In this document: piece after piece, positions 47,984-56,462 of the stretch | Layout of the letters: each line of letters opens with the position of its first letter | Position numbering within the stretch: position 1 is the first letter of the stretch | NCBI GenBank assembly: GCA_964611335.1 | Contig: CAZSXR010000002.1 | Coordinates: 134,354-198,353 of the forward strand | Reading direction: 5' to 3' | DNA: 64,000 nucleotides | Origin: an uncultured Pseudobdellovibrionaceae bacterium | Lineage (GTDB): Bacteria; Bdellovibrionota_B; Oligoflexia; Oligoflexales; Bog-1112 | Program-made: the position numbers and the translations under genes | The notes under the pieces: model-generated | Seen by the model: only the letters and a program-made list of their open reading frames with translations | Told to the model about the DNA's origin: nothing | Databases searched by the model: none

Positions 47984-50052
47984 AATCTATGCAAATAAGA
48001 CAAGCCTGAATAAAAGTAAGCTTTCTGAGCACGAAGAATTTCATTTTTCACTGCATCCTCAAGAGATGGATCCGTAACTTTTTGAAGCCTTCTATCCTTC
48101 AAAGCAAATAGATCTCTATCCACAAGACAGTACTCATCTTTGCAATCGATATAGAAGTTCAGATTCATATCTCTTTTCTGTTCTGAAAATAAATCCATTC
48201 CCCAAGTGTCCATAAGAATATTTTTATCACTGATCAGTGAAATAATACTCGGAGCAATATCGAGGTGATTAGACATCTTTGTAAAATGCTTTCCCTTCCA
48301 TGTTGGCCTAATCAGCTCCGGTGCGTAGAAAAGAAGAGGAACATTCGACATTGCAAAATAATCTTCCGCATTTTTGTGAAGCCCATAAAAAGGATGGTCT
48401 CCGGTAATGATGAAAAGAGTATCCTTGAAAAATTCTTCCTTCCTAGCTTCCTTCATAAAATTGGCTAATGCGCGATCTGCATATTTAAAGCAGAGCATAC
48501 GCATACGAAATTCCTCTGCATCTGTGGTTATAATTTTTTGAATATGTTCGGGAACGCGCACATCTTTCGAGTCGAAATGCTCAGGTATTCTATAAGGTGG
48601 ATGATTGGACTGAGTCATAACGAAGGTGAAACTGTTTTCTTTCTTAGATTTCAAAGACAATAGAACCTGCTGATATAAATCTTCATCATGCAATCCAAAA
48701 TCATGATGAGGAATATCTGGAAAAGAACCTTCTGAAAAGAAATGATCATAGCCTATACGAGGAACAAACTCATAAAGACGATGCCAATTGGAAAAACCTC
48801 CGTAGAAAAACTGTGTGCTGTAGTTTTGGTTTTTAATCAGGTTGGGAAGTTTGGAATCGAAATTTTTAAAACTTTCAGGTCTGTAAGAGAGAGAGGGATT
48901 AAAATCAGGAGGCAGTGGGAATCCATAATTTACAGCTCCAATATTTTTTAAAGTACCATCCGCTGCAGAAAAATGATTCTCAAAATAAATACTATCTGGG
49001 ATGAGAGATCGCATCCCTTCTGTAAGCTCCTTACTAAAACCCTCATCTCTATCAAATAAAGGCCATGAAGAATAACTTTCCAAAAACAATATAACGATGT
49101 GTTTTGGTTTCTTTGTAAGTATCTGACCTAAACGCCCTTTGACGTCATACTGAATCTTATGAAGTTGTTTCTTCTCATCATATTGAAGGGAAGAACCCAC
49201 CTGATTTTTTTTCAATTCAGAATAAATAGAATCGATTTCTGAAGGTTTTTTTGCAAGTAACGTTTCAAGATTCATCAAAGATTCTTTTTCCATATAACTG
49301 TTGTAGAGAGGGAAAATAGGATTACGATGAGCAATGTTTAGAAACGTATGAGCTGTGATATCGACACGACGATCTTGTATTGTCAGAGGCTTCCCAAAAG
49401 TAGATCTACATAGAAAAGCAAGAAGAAAAAGCGTTCCGATAAAAGTGAATAAGGGTTGAGAATGTATTCGTCTCAATTCAAGAGAAAATAAAATATTTCT
49501 TAGAAAAGTTCGAATTTTTAAAAAAACAAAACAACCTAATATTAAAGTTAAGGAAATTTTCAAAACAGGAAACTCATTCCAAACACTTGCTACAACAAGT
49601 TTTGCATTAGATGCGTTGTTCCAAAACTCCCAGAAGAAGGTATTGAAATGATCTCCATAATAGTTATAGAAGGAATAATCACATACCACCAAAACCCACA
49701 GACAGACGATCGTTAGAAAGCTATAGATACGTTTTCCAAAAGCAACGAAGCGACCTTGAAGAAAAAGAAAAATTACAAAGTAAAAAGCAGCGAAATACGC
49801 ACTGATCGCGGAATCGTAGCGGCTTCCGTAGAAAAAAACGCGGGCTATATCAAAAATGCTGTAATCCTGAGTTCCCAAGCGGTCAAGATGCTGCAGCAGA
49901 AAAAGGCTACGGCCGGAAAGAAATAAAAGGATGATAGAAAGGTAGAAAGAAAGTGAATCAAGACAGTGCCTTGTCAATTTATGAGACATAGTGCCAACCC
50001 AAAAAAGTTGATTAGATAAGCCATTACAAGCCGCTTCCATCGGTTCTATCAT
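47980..50052 (-). CDS. LTA-synthase / phosphoglycerol-transferase-family sulfatase-fold membrane protein
   Basis: N-terminal polytopic region followed by an alkaline-phosphatase/sulfatase-like domain (IVILFLESYS ..., NHPPY, ITGDH). A more likely start is the ATG at 49989. Confidence 0.8.
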   Translation of the reverse strand: MIEPMEAACNGLSNQLFWVGTMSHKLTRHCLDSLSFYLSIILLFLSGRSLFLLQHLDRLGTQDYSIFDIARVFFYGSRYDSAISAYFAAFYFVIFLFLQGRFVAFGKRIYSFLTIVCLWVLVVCDYSFYNYYGDHFNTFFWEFWNNASNAKLVVASVWNEFPVLKISLTLILGCFVFLKIRTFLRNILFSLELRRIHSQPLFTFIGTLFLLAFLCRSTFGKPLTIQDRRVDITAHTFLNIAHRNPIFPLYNSYMEKESLMNLETLLAKKPSEIDSIYSELKKNQVGSSLQYDEKKQLHKIQYDVKGRLGQILTKKPKHIVILFLESYSSWPLFDRDEGFSKELTEGMRSLIPDSIYFENHFSAADGTLKNIGAVNYGFPLPPDFNPSLSYRPESFKNFDSKLPNLIKNQNYSTQFFYGGFSNWHRLYEFVPRIGYDHFFSEGSFPDIPHHDFGLHDEDLYQQVLLSLKSKKENSFTFVMTQSNHPPYRIPEHFDSKDVRVPEHIQKIITTDAEEFRMRMLCFKYADRALANFMKEARKEEFFKDTLFIITGDHPFYGLHKNAEDYFAMSNVPLLFYAPELIRPTWKGKHFTKMSNHLDIAPSIISLISDKNILMDTWGMDLFSEQKRDMNLNFYIDCKDEYCLVDRDLFALKDRRLQKVTDPSLEDAVKNEILRAQKAYFYSGLSYLHRF

Positions 50053-50103
50053 CTTTTTATGAGTATTCTCGATAGCTTTCTTAATTTCACGCGGGATAAC
50101 AAC

Positions 50104-50748
50104 TTAGAGTTTTCGAATCACATTCAAACCATCTCTGACGGAAAGCAATACGTTCTCTACACGTTCATCGCGAGAAACCAACTCGTTTGTTTCAGCAATA
50201 GCCATCGTCTCTTTGTCATGCAAGTAAGGATTCAAAACCTTCCCACTCCAAAAACAATTATCTATTACAATAACTCCGCCTCTACGAACTTTAGGAAGCA
50301 CCGCTTCGTAGTAATGTTTGTAATTTTCTTTATCTGCATCGATGAAAACAAAATCTACAGTTTTATGTAGTGAGTAAATCGTTTCAATTGCGGGACCCAT
50401 CTTCAAAGTAATCTTAGAACCATGCGGACTTTTAGCAAAATATTTTTGTGCAATAGCAGTACATTCTTCATCGATATCACATGTAAAGAGGTGACCATCA
50501 TCTGGTAGACCTTCCGCAATAGACAATGCGGAATAACCGGTAAAAGTTCCGATTTCGAGGGCAAATCGCGCACCAATAAGCTGCACTAGCATTTTTAGCA
50601 TACGCCCTTCTACATGACCGCTTAGCATCGTAGGAGACTTTGTCCTCTTATGTGTTTCTTCCCTTAGTTGGTGAAGTAGAGAAGATTCAGTATGAGTCAT
50701 TTTGTCACAGTAATCTGTAAGTTCTTTGGAAATAAAGTTACCGTACAT
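50104..50748 (-). CDS. class I SAM-dependent O-methyltransferase (family 3, caffeoyl-CoA OMT-like)
   Basis: ALEIGTFTGYSAL SAM motif and DFVFIDADKENY. The ATG at 50748 is preferred to 50784. Confidence 0.88.
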   Translation of the reverse strand: MYGNFISKELTDYCDKMTHTESSLLHQLREETHKRTKSPTMLSGHVEGRMLKMLVQLIGARFALEIGTFTGYSALSIAEGLPDDGHLFTCDIDEECTAIAQKYFAKSPHGSKITLKMGPAIETIYSLHKTVDFVFIDADKENYKHYYEAVLPKVRRGGVIVIDNCFWSGKVLNPYLHDKETMAIAETNELVSRDERVENVLLSVRDGLNVIRKL

Positions 50749-50780
50749 TTCAAAATCTCCATAAAAGAAATTAATGCTTG

Positions 50781-51074
50781 TCAAGGAAGTGTTCCTACAA
50801 CATGCTTCTTCCTATATCCACCGCGTTGCGTCCAAGAATAAAATATACTGCTTAAAAATAGAAGTCCGGAATAGCGCGCTGAACTATAAATTTTTAATTT
50901 AACATCTCCTTTTAATTTTACCGTATCCAATTTACTTGTAATCATTGCAATGATGTAAAGTTGAAGGTGGACTGAAAAATCAATTCGACCTAGAACAAGT
51001 CCAGGTCGTTTTTTTGTGCTTTCTAAATTAGAAAAATGGAATTTAACCAGCACAACATCTCCAAATGAAATCAT
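50781..51074 (-). CDS. MazF/PemK-family type II toxin (possibly C-terminally short)
   Basis: FGDVVLVKFHFSNLESTKKRPGLVLG ... IIAMITSK is the MazF/PemK N-terminal signature. At 97 aa it is slightly shorter than typical family members. Confidence 0.65.
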   Translation of the reverse strand: MISFGDVVLVKFHFSNLESTKKRPGLVLGRIDFSVHLQLYIIAMITSKLDTVKLKGDVKLKIYSSARYSGLLFLSSIFYSWTQRGGYRKKHVVGTLP

Positions 51075-51083
51075 AGTTAACTC

Positions 51084-51335
51084 CTACAACTTGTCATAGT
51101 CAGAATCTAAAGGATCATTCCACTCCGTAAAAACAGATTCATTTGCTTTCTGTAAAGCTTTCAATTCTAGTCTATGAAAAAAATAACTTTGTAAGACTCT
51201 GACAACGACATCTTTTAATGAAGAATGTGTCTCTTGGGCTTCTAACTTCAAGAGTTTGATCAATCGGGGATCACCAAGATCGGTTGTAATTCTTGTATTG
51301 ACTCTCATAAGCACTCCTTTTTTTGACATTCGCAT
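51084..51335 (-). CDS. antitoxin-like small protein (RHH-like) upstream of the MazF-like toxin
   Basis: MRVNTRITTDLGDPRLIKLLKLEAQETHSSLKDVV resembles a ribbon-helix-helix N-terminus. A 9-nt gap separates it from the toxin. The real start may be the ATG at 51308. Confidence 0.55.
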   Translation of the reverse strand: MRMSKKGVLMRVNTRITTDLGDPRLIKLLKLEAQETHSSLKDVVVRVLQSYFFHRLELKALQKANESVFTEWNDPLDSDYDKL

Positions 51336-51473
51336 ATTACTGCTTTTATGCGTGTCAAAGCGTGATTGAAATCCATACTTTTAATAGCGTAACGGTAAAC
51401 GCATACAACCACATCTTGGTGTCATGCTGAAATTTTAAAAGTTACTTGTATCAAGGGATTTATTTGAAAAACG

Positions 51474-51488
51474 TTGATGCTCGAGGCC
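51474..51488. repeat. 14/15-nt direct copy of the 3' end of tRNA-Leu (candidate distal att site)
   Basis: TTGATGCTCGAGGCC here versus TTGGTGCTCGAGGCC at 52949-52963, same orientation. Confidence 0.45.
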
Positions 51489-51594
51489 GTTCTCTACACC
51501 AAATTTGATCGAAACGGAATGTCAGCCACCGGCAAATTAATCCCGCGAAAGCTTAAACATTGACCACTCTCTAACACAGATGTTAGGAGCGTGA

Positions 51595-52236
51595 GTGTTT
51601 TCTAGTCACCTCTACTATGCGGGAATACTTTATGAAATCAAAACTCGGGGTGTCAAAGTTTTACTTCTTCTATCCCTCTGCATCAGGGGAACGGAAAGTC
51701 ATGCTCATTTTCTTAGTGATGCTACCGAAGCAGTTAGAAAAGTTGGCAGAGATATTGTTCAGGCTACTAAAAATGCTGGAGAAGAAATCTCAAATACAGC
51801 TAAGGAAATAGGCAATGATCTTGCTCAGGAAACTAAAAAAATTGCTGGAGATATTGAAAGAGAAACAAAAAAAGCTGGTGGAGACATCGCTAGAGAATGG
51901 AAAAACCTACCTCCAGAAGTACAAGTTGGACTTATCGTTGTAGCTGCTACTGCAGGCGGTTACTTCCTTGCACCTGTCATCGGAGCTGAGTTTGTTGCAG
52001 GTATTGCCCTTGATATGGGAGCAGGAAACGTCATTGCACTTCCCCTTATCACAACTGCAACTACAGGTGCCGTTATAACTGGTGTCGGAGCTGGAGCTGC
52101 TTACACAGCAACTCTCAAAAAAGAGAAGGAGGAAGAAAAGAAAGAAGACGAAGAAACAAAAGTCTCTGAACTATCACAAGACACCCCTTCTGATTCCAAA
52201 ACAAAAACTAAAACAAAACCTGAAGCAAAAAAATAA
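51595..52236 (+). CDS. secreted or membrane protein with five 11-residue amphipathic repeats, a Gly/Ala-rich hydrophobic core and a Lys/Glu-rich tail. Probably the detached 5' part of the decayed Hint gene.
   Basis: Repeats are EAVRKVGRDIV, QATKNAGEEIS, NTAKEIGNDLA, QETKKIAGDIE and RETKKAGGDIA. Then comes VGLIVVAATAGGYFLAPVIGAEFVAGIALDMGAGNVIALPLITTATTGAVITGVGAGAA. The ORF ends at a TAA right after an A7 run (52227-52233). Confidence 0.55.
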   Translation: MFSSHLYYAGILYEIKTRGVKVLLLLSLCIRGTESHAHFLSDATEAVRKVGRDIVQATKNAGEEISNTAKEIGNDLAQETKKIAGDIERETKKAGGDIAREWKNLPPEVQVGLIVVAATAGGYFLAPVIGAEFVAGIALDMGAGNVIALPLITTATTGAVITGVGAGAAYTATLKKEKEEEKKEDEETKVSELSQDTPSDSKTKTKTKPEAKK

Positions 52237-52608
52237 AGAGCAAACCTGAAATTGCTGAAAATATAAAACCTGTTATAGATACTATTCCTTCAACGTCGTT
52301 GGATCTTTTTAACGAAGAACAACAAACTCCTACTGAAGTACCTGATTCAAAAAACATTCGTGAAAAACTTCAGGAATTGGTTCAACATTATTGTTTCGCA
52401 GCAGGAACACGGGTGAGAACCCCTAAAGGACATCTTGCTATTGAAAAACTGAAAGTGGGGGATCTTGTAGTCAGTTGTGATTTTGTTTGAAGAAGTTATC
52501 GGCGCTAGCGAAGGGAATCCAAGTAGGTGGATTAGGGTGGAATTTAGTTCAGGGACAATTCATGGTCATCCAATCTCTCTTCAAGAATATAGAAAGTTAA
52601 CAAAATGA
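52224..52608 (+). pseudogene. decayed Hint-domain (polymorphic-toxin-like) gene fragment with at least two frameshifts and no C-terminal half
   Basis: The frame open from 52224 reads ...HYCFAAGTRVRTPKGHLAIEKLKVGDLVVS and stops at 52488-52490. The +1 frame continues FEEVIGASEGNPSRWIRVEFSSGTIHGHPISL (block-B-like HP) and stops at 52606-52608. Confidence 0.65.
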
Positions 52609-52615
52609 ATTTTCT

Positions 52616-52660
52616 AAATAAAATAAAATAAAATAAAATAAAATAAAATAAAATAAAATT
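52616..52660. repeat. pentanucleotide microsatellite (AAATA)x8 plus one imperfect unit
   Basis: Read directly from the sequence: aaata repeated from 52616 to 52655, then aaatt. Confidence 0.95.
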
Positions 52661-52736
52661 TGAACATGGGAAAATTAATTTCGATGATCTATCGAAATTA
52701 TCTGAAAACCTCAAGATAGAGGATCAATTAGATAAT

Positions 52737-52946
52737 TTGAAAGAAGATTTATTGCAGGTTGAATATCCAAATTCTATTCTTCTTGATGTAGGTTGGTACC
52801 CTTCTTTTAACATCAAAGGCTGCTTTAGAATTGTTGTTATTAAAGATTACAATTGGGAATCCCCCATTTTCAAATCAGAAGCCAAATCTTTTTTCCAATT
52901 AGAGGAGGCCCTTTGTAAAGCTACCATAGAAATTGAGAATTTATAA
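52737..52946 (+). CDS. small ORF (69 aa from TTG), candidate orphan immunity protein
   Basis: The frame is open from just after the microsatellite (…FEHGKINFDDLSKLSENLKIEDQLDNL-KEDLLQVEYPNSILLDVGWYPSF…). There is no canonical ATG. Its position downstream of the decayed Hint gene is the only functional hint. Confidence 0.35.
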   Translation: MKEDLLQVEYPNSILLDVGWYPSFNIKGCFRIVVIKDYNWESPIFKSEAKSFFQLEEALCKATIEIENL

Positions 52947-52949
52947 ACT

Positions 52950-53036
52950 TGGTGCTCGAGGCCAGACTTGAACTGGCACGGGGTTACCCCCACAGGATTT
53001 TAAGTCCTGTGTGTCTACCGATTTCACCACTCGAGC
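52950..53036 (-). tRNA. tRNA-Leu (anticodon UAA), 87 nt, CCA encoded
   Basis: The reverse complement folds by hand as GCTCGAG-TG-GTG-AAATCGGTAGA-CAC-A-CAGGA-CTTAAAA-TCCTG-[TGGGGGTAACCCCGT]-GCCAG-TTCAAGT-CTGGC-CTCGAGC-A-CCA, with the long variable arm typical of Leu. Confidence 0.93.
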
Positions 53037-53104
53037 TTAGCGAGGGTCTCCGAAACTACAAAGAAATGACCCTGCTGTCAATAGATCGCATAAATGGCTG
53101 CAAC

Positions 53105-53899
53105 TTAGACCGCGACAGGAGCTTTGATGTGGGGATCAGGATTGTAATCATGAATGACAAAATCTTCGATCTCGTATTCAAAAATACTCGCGGGCTTTCT
53201 CAAGATTTCCAATCGAGGCAACGCATGTGGAGTGCGTTGAAGCTGCTCTGACACCTGTTCCATATGGTTGGTATACAAGTGTGTATCACCGCCGGTCCAA
53301 ATAAAGTCTCCGACCTCTAAGTCACATTGCTGCGCAATCATATGAGTAAGCAAAGAATACGAGGCTATGTTGAAAGGAAGCCCCAGAAAGACATCACAGG
53401 ATCTCTGATAAAGCTGACAGGATAGTTTTCCATCCGCAACGTAGAACTGAAATAAACAGTGGCACGGAGGTAAAGCCATCTTTGGTATATCTGAAGGATT
53501 CCATGCACAGATCACATGCCTGCGGGCCTCCGGTTGTGTTCGAAGCCTCTCTATCAATTCCGAGATCTGGTCTATACTCTCCCCACCGGTTGTCGACCAA
53601 GAACGCCACTGCTTACCGTATACAGGACCTAAATCACCATTTGCATCAGCCCATTCATTCCAAATGCGACAACCGTGTTCTTGCAGCCATTTTATATTGG
53701 TATCACCGCGTAAAAACCACAGAAGTTCTGCAATAACAGAACGCATGTGGATTTTCTTCGTCGTCACAAGAGGGAAACCCCCTTGCAAATTAAAACGCAT
53801 CTGATGTCCAAACACACTGTAAGTTCCCGTCCCTGTGCGATCGGATTGTAAAACACCCTTCTCACGAATGTGCTGCATTAGTTCCAAATACTGTTTCAT
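53105..53899 (-). CDS. thyA: thymidylate synthase (ThyA type)
   Basis: [11 protein letters not shown]...[20 protein letters not shown] (catalytic Cys) and a 264-aa length. Confidence 0.97.
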   Translation of the reverse strand: MKQYLELMQHIREKGVLQSDRTGTGTYSVFGHQMRFNLQGGFPLVTTKKIHMRSVIAELLWFLRGDTNIKWLQEHGCRIWNEWADANGDLGPVYGKQWRSWSTTGGESIDQISELIERLRTQPEARRHVICAWNPSDIPKMALPPCHCLFQFYVADGKLSCQLYQRSCDVFLGLPFNIASYSLLTHMIAQQCDLEVGDFIWTGGDTHLYTNHMEQVSEQLQRTPHALPRLEILRKPASIFEYEIEDFVIHDYNPDPHIKAPVAV

Positions 53900-53986
53900 G
53901 TCTCATCCCAAAAATTCGCGGCAGAAAAGAATTGCCATTTTTATTCAATTTGCTAGGCTTCGCATGATTTTGTTCTTACATCATCT

Positions 53987-54062
53987 GGTCCCATCGATTA
54001 AGAGGATAAATCACTCGTTTCCTAAATGAGAGCTCCAGGTTCGACTCCTGGTGGGACCGCCA
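53987..54062 (+). tRNA. tRNA-Arg (anticodon CCU), 76 nt, CCA encoded
   Basis: Hand fold: GGTCCCA-TC-GATT-AAGAGGATA-AATC-A-CTCGT-TTCCTAA-ATGAG-AGCT-CCAGG-TTCGACT-CCTGG-TGGGACC-G-CCA. Confidence 0.9.
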
Positions 54063-54072
54063 CTTTATATAT

Positions 54073-55347
54073 CTAAGTGGAACTGCTCTTCTTTCTATAT
54101 TCTTCGAAAATTTTTGTAAGACGTTCAACTTCCTCATTGAATCGCATGCGAAATTTTGGTTCTACGGAATCTTTACGAGGAAAGCGTTTGCCTAAGGGGT
54201 CTACATATCGCCCGTCTTCATAAAATTCAAAATGCAAATGGGGACCTGTTGCAAGCCCTGTTTGCCCAACATACCCTATGATTTGTCCCTGTTCTATTTT
54301 AGAACCACGACGTACACCTGAACCAATTTTCGAAAGATGTTTGTATGCAGTCATATAACGGCTGTCATGTCGGATTTTTACCATAATGCCCGAACCTCCA
54401 TTGCGCCCCGCTTCCAATACAACACCATCACCCACAGAACGGATCGGAGTTCCTGTGGGAGCTGATAAGTCCACACCGTGATGTGGACGTCTCGCTTTTA
54501 AAATGGGATGAAAGCGTGCACGTTGAAAACGTGAGGTCACTTTGTTGTATCTCAAAGGACTTTTCAAAAACTTACCACGAGCATTTTGCCCTTCTTCATC
54601 ATAATAACGAGAACGTCCCTCTACTACAAACCTGTAGGCTTTTAAATTCTCACCATGCTTTGAAATCTCTGCTGCAAGTATATCTCCAAAACCTACTTGC
54701 TGATCTGCCACCATTTGTTTTTCTACAAGAATTCCCCACTGATCTCCCACATTCAACTCACGAGTAAAATCAACTTGTGAAGCAAAAATCTCTGATAAAT
54801 CTGAAATCAATTCAACGGGCATCCCTGCATTTACAGCAGAATCCCATAAGGTCGATGTGATCTCCCCAAAAAATGCAGTCAGTTCAACTTTCACTTCATG
54901 TTGAATCAGAGAAGCTTCCCAATCTCCCTCTTGATCCGAATTCACCTGAAGCTCTTCTTTTCCAGAAATAAGAACACGAAGCTCATTCAACCTCTCACGA
55001 CTCCACGAAAGAACTAAACGTGTTCCTGGTGCAAGTTCACTGAGGTCAAATTCTTGCTCTGCAGCTTTTGTAATTTGAAGCACGGTCTGTGGAGAAATCT
55101 GCTCATTGACAAGCGTAGTATAAAAAGAGGAGTGATTCGGGATATCGATTTCTCGACTGGTAATAGCATTAGGATTTGCTTTAGGAGTTTCCTCCCTTTT
55201 TTTGAGAAGTGGGGGAGCTGTGTTTATAAGAGCTTGTTCCTTCATTTTAGTTTGCGAAAAGCTTTTAATAAAAATAAAAACAAGGGCAACAAAGATCCAC
55301 AAAACACTAAAATATAAATATTTCTTTTTCATCATGAACGTGGCCAA
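54073..55347 (-). CDS. M23-family peptidoglycan metalloendopeptidase, membrane anchored
   Basis: HHGVDLSAPTGTPI and GLATGPHLHFE zinc-ligand motifs, with an N-terminal TM segment. Confidence 0.9.
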   Translation of the reverse strand: MATFMMKKKYLYFSVLWIFVALVFIFIKSFSQTKMKEQALINTAPPLLKKREETPKANPNAITSREIDIPNHSSFYTTLVNEQISPQTVLQITKAAEQEFDLSELAPGTRLVLSWSRERLNELRVLISGKEELQVNSDQEGDWEASLIQHEVKVELTAFFGEITSTLWDSAVNAGMPVELISDLSEIFASQVDFTRELNVGDQWGILVEKQMVADQQVGFGDILAAEISKHGENLKAYRFVVEGRSRYYDEEGQNARGKFLKSPLRYNKVTSRFQRARFHPILKARRPHHGVDLSAPTGTPIRSVGDGVVLEAGRNGGSGIMVKIRHDSRYMTAYKHLSKIGSGVRRGSKIEQGQIIGYVGQTGLATGPHLHFEFYEDGRYVDPLGKRFPRKDSVEPKFRMRFNEEVERLTKIFEEYRKKSSST

Positions 55348-56462
55348 TCAAGGAATTTCATAGCTGCTCCACTTTTAGAAGCTTTCAATCCTTCGTGAAT
55401 ACAAAGATCTTTACCCTTCACCACACCATCTTGGAAAATCTTTGCATTGCAAGTTCTGCGTGTGCTTCTTGCAGTATGCAATCGCGGATGCCGTGATTTG
55501 AGATAGTCATCAAGTCGCTTTTGTTCCAATCTTACAAGGCTCTTTTCATTAGAAGCAAGCGTTATCTGTTCTGTACGTTCTTTTTTGGAATTTTGCATCT
55601 TATTGTCAAACCCTTTGAGTACGCCCAAGTAGTAGGTGTTTTTTGCCGCGACACCTTGAACATTCGTCCTTTCCTTATACTGCTTCCAAAGAACCTTCAG
55701 CGTGTTGTACAAAAACCAATAGACGTATTCAGCAAGCTGTACACTTTCAGGACGCCCTAATATCTCGATGATTTTATGTGAAGACTGTGTATCTTTGTCA
55801 TAGAGAGAACTGAAAACAACATGTACGGAAAAATAATTTATAAGTATAGAAGCCAACGATCCGTGAAAGGAAGCTAATCTTCGAACTTTGTGATCAATAA
55901 TGTGTGTCTTAAATTCATCGGAGCTTTCCAAGCTTAATTGTGAAATCTTATATTTTTCATGAAGTTCAGAAACTTTATTCATTGCTGCAAGAGCTTCATG
56001 CTCATTTGTAGATTGAGATAGCGCTAGAAGACGTTCAATACGTCTGAGAAGAGCCTCTTCTTCAGGACTTTTAGATGGATGACTCAAATCTGCTAACAAG
56101 ACAGAACTATGAATTTCGGACTTCTGCGCCCATTTTTCAACTCCAAGAATTTCACATGCTTGTTTAAAAGAGGGACCATGTGGATCTTCCTGTATAGCTA
56201 TAATTTCATCGACATATTGATGTGCAATCTCATGTTTAAAAACTTGAAGTACAGTGCTCCATGAATAATCAGTGATCAATCGTGTAGCAATGCTGAGTGT
56301 TCGGGTTTGAGATTCCCAAGACCCCCAGCGTGATTTCAAATCCACAATGTGAATAAATGGAATTTTCAAAGGCACACGAAAATGAAAGCAAATCTCTTCA
56401 AACTCACGACGCAGTTGTAAAGTCCATTCTTTTTTTGTGTTCTCAAAATCGAAAGAGTTCAT
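55332..56462 (-). CDS. SprT-like zinc-metalloprotease domain fused to a DUF2786-like helical domain
   Basis: VFKHEIAHQYV...DPHGPSFKQACEILGV (SprT-like HExxH plus HG..F), then LLRRIERLLALSQSTNEHEALAAMNKVSELHEKYKI (DUF2786-like). It overlaps the M23 gene by 16 nt. Confidence 0.65.
   Translation of the reverse strand: MNSFDFENTKKEWTLQLRREFEEICFHFRVPLKIPFIHIVDLKSRWGSWESQTRTLSIATRLITDYSWSTVLQVFKHEIAHQYVDEIIAIQEDPHGPSFKQACEILGVEKWAQKSEIHSSVLLADLSHPSKSPEEEALLRRIERLLALSQSTNEHEALAAMNKVSELHEKYKISQLSLESSDEFKTHIIDHKVRRLASFHGSLASILINYFSVHVVFSSLYDKDTQSSHKIIEILGRPESVQLAEYVYWFLYNTLKVLWKQYKERTNVQGVAAKNTYYLGVLKGFDNKMQNSKKERTEQITLASNEKSLVRLEQKRLDDYLKSRHPRLHTARSTRRTCNAKIFQDGVVKGKDLCIHEGLKASKSGAAMKFLDWPRS

Noticed and set aside
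51617-51811. Alternative-frame ORF (MREYFMKSKLGV...) suggesting a 5' frameshift in the 213-aa gene
   Set aside because: MKSKLGV joined to KVLLLLSLC would make a neat signal peptide. However, the TTG-initiated frame already gives a plausible signal-like N-terminus, so the evidence is too weak to call a frameshift.
52616-52660. CRISPR-like or other spaced repeat array
   Set aside because: It is a contiguous 5-nt microsatellite with no spacers, and there are no cas genes in the window.
50781-52963. Calling the tRNA-Leu-adjacent region an active mobile element or prophage
   Set aside because: No integrase, transposase, recombinase or phage structural gene is present. Only a short direct repeat and decayed cargo remain, so it is reported as a possible remnant only.
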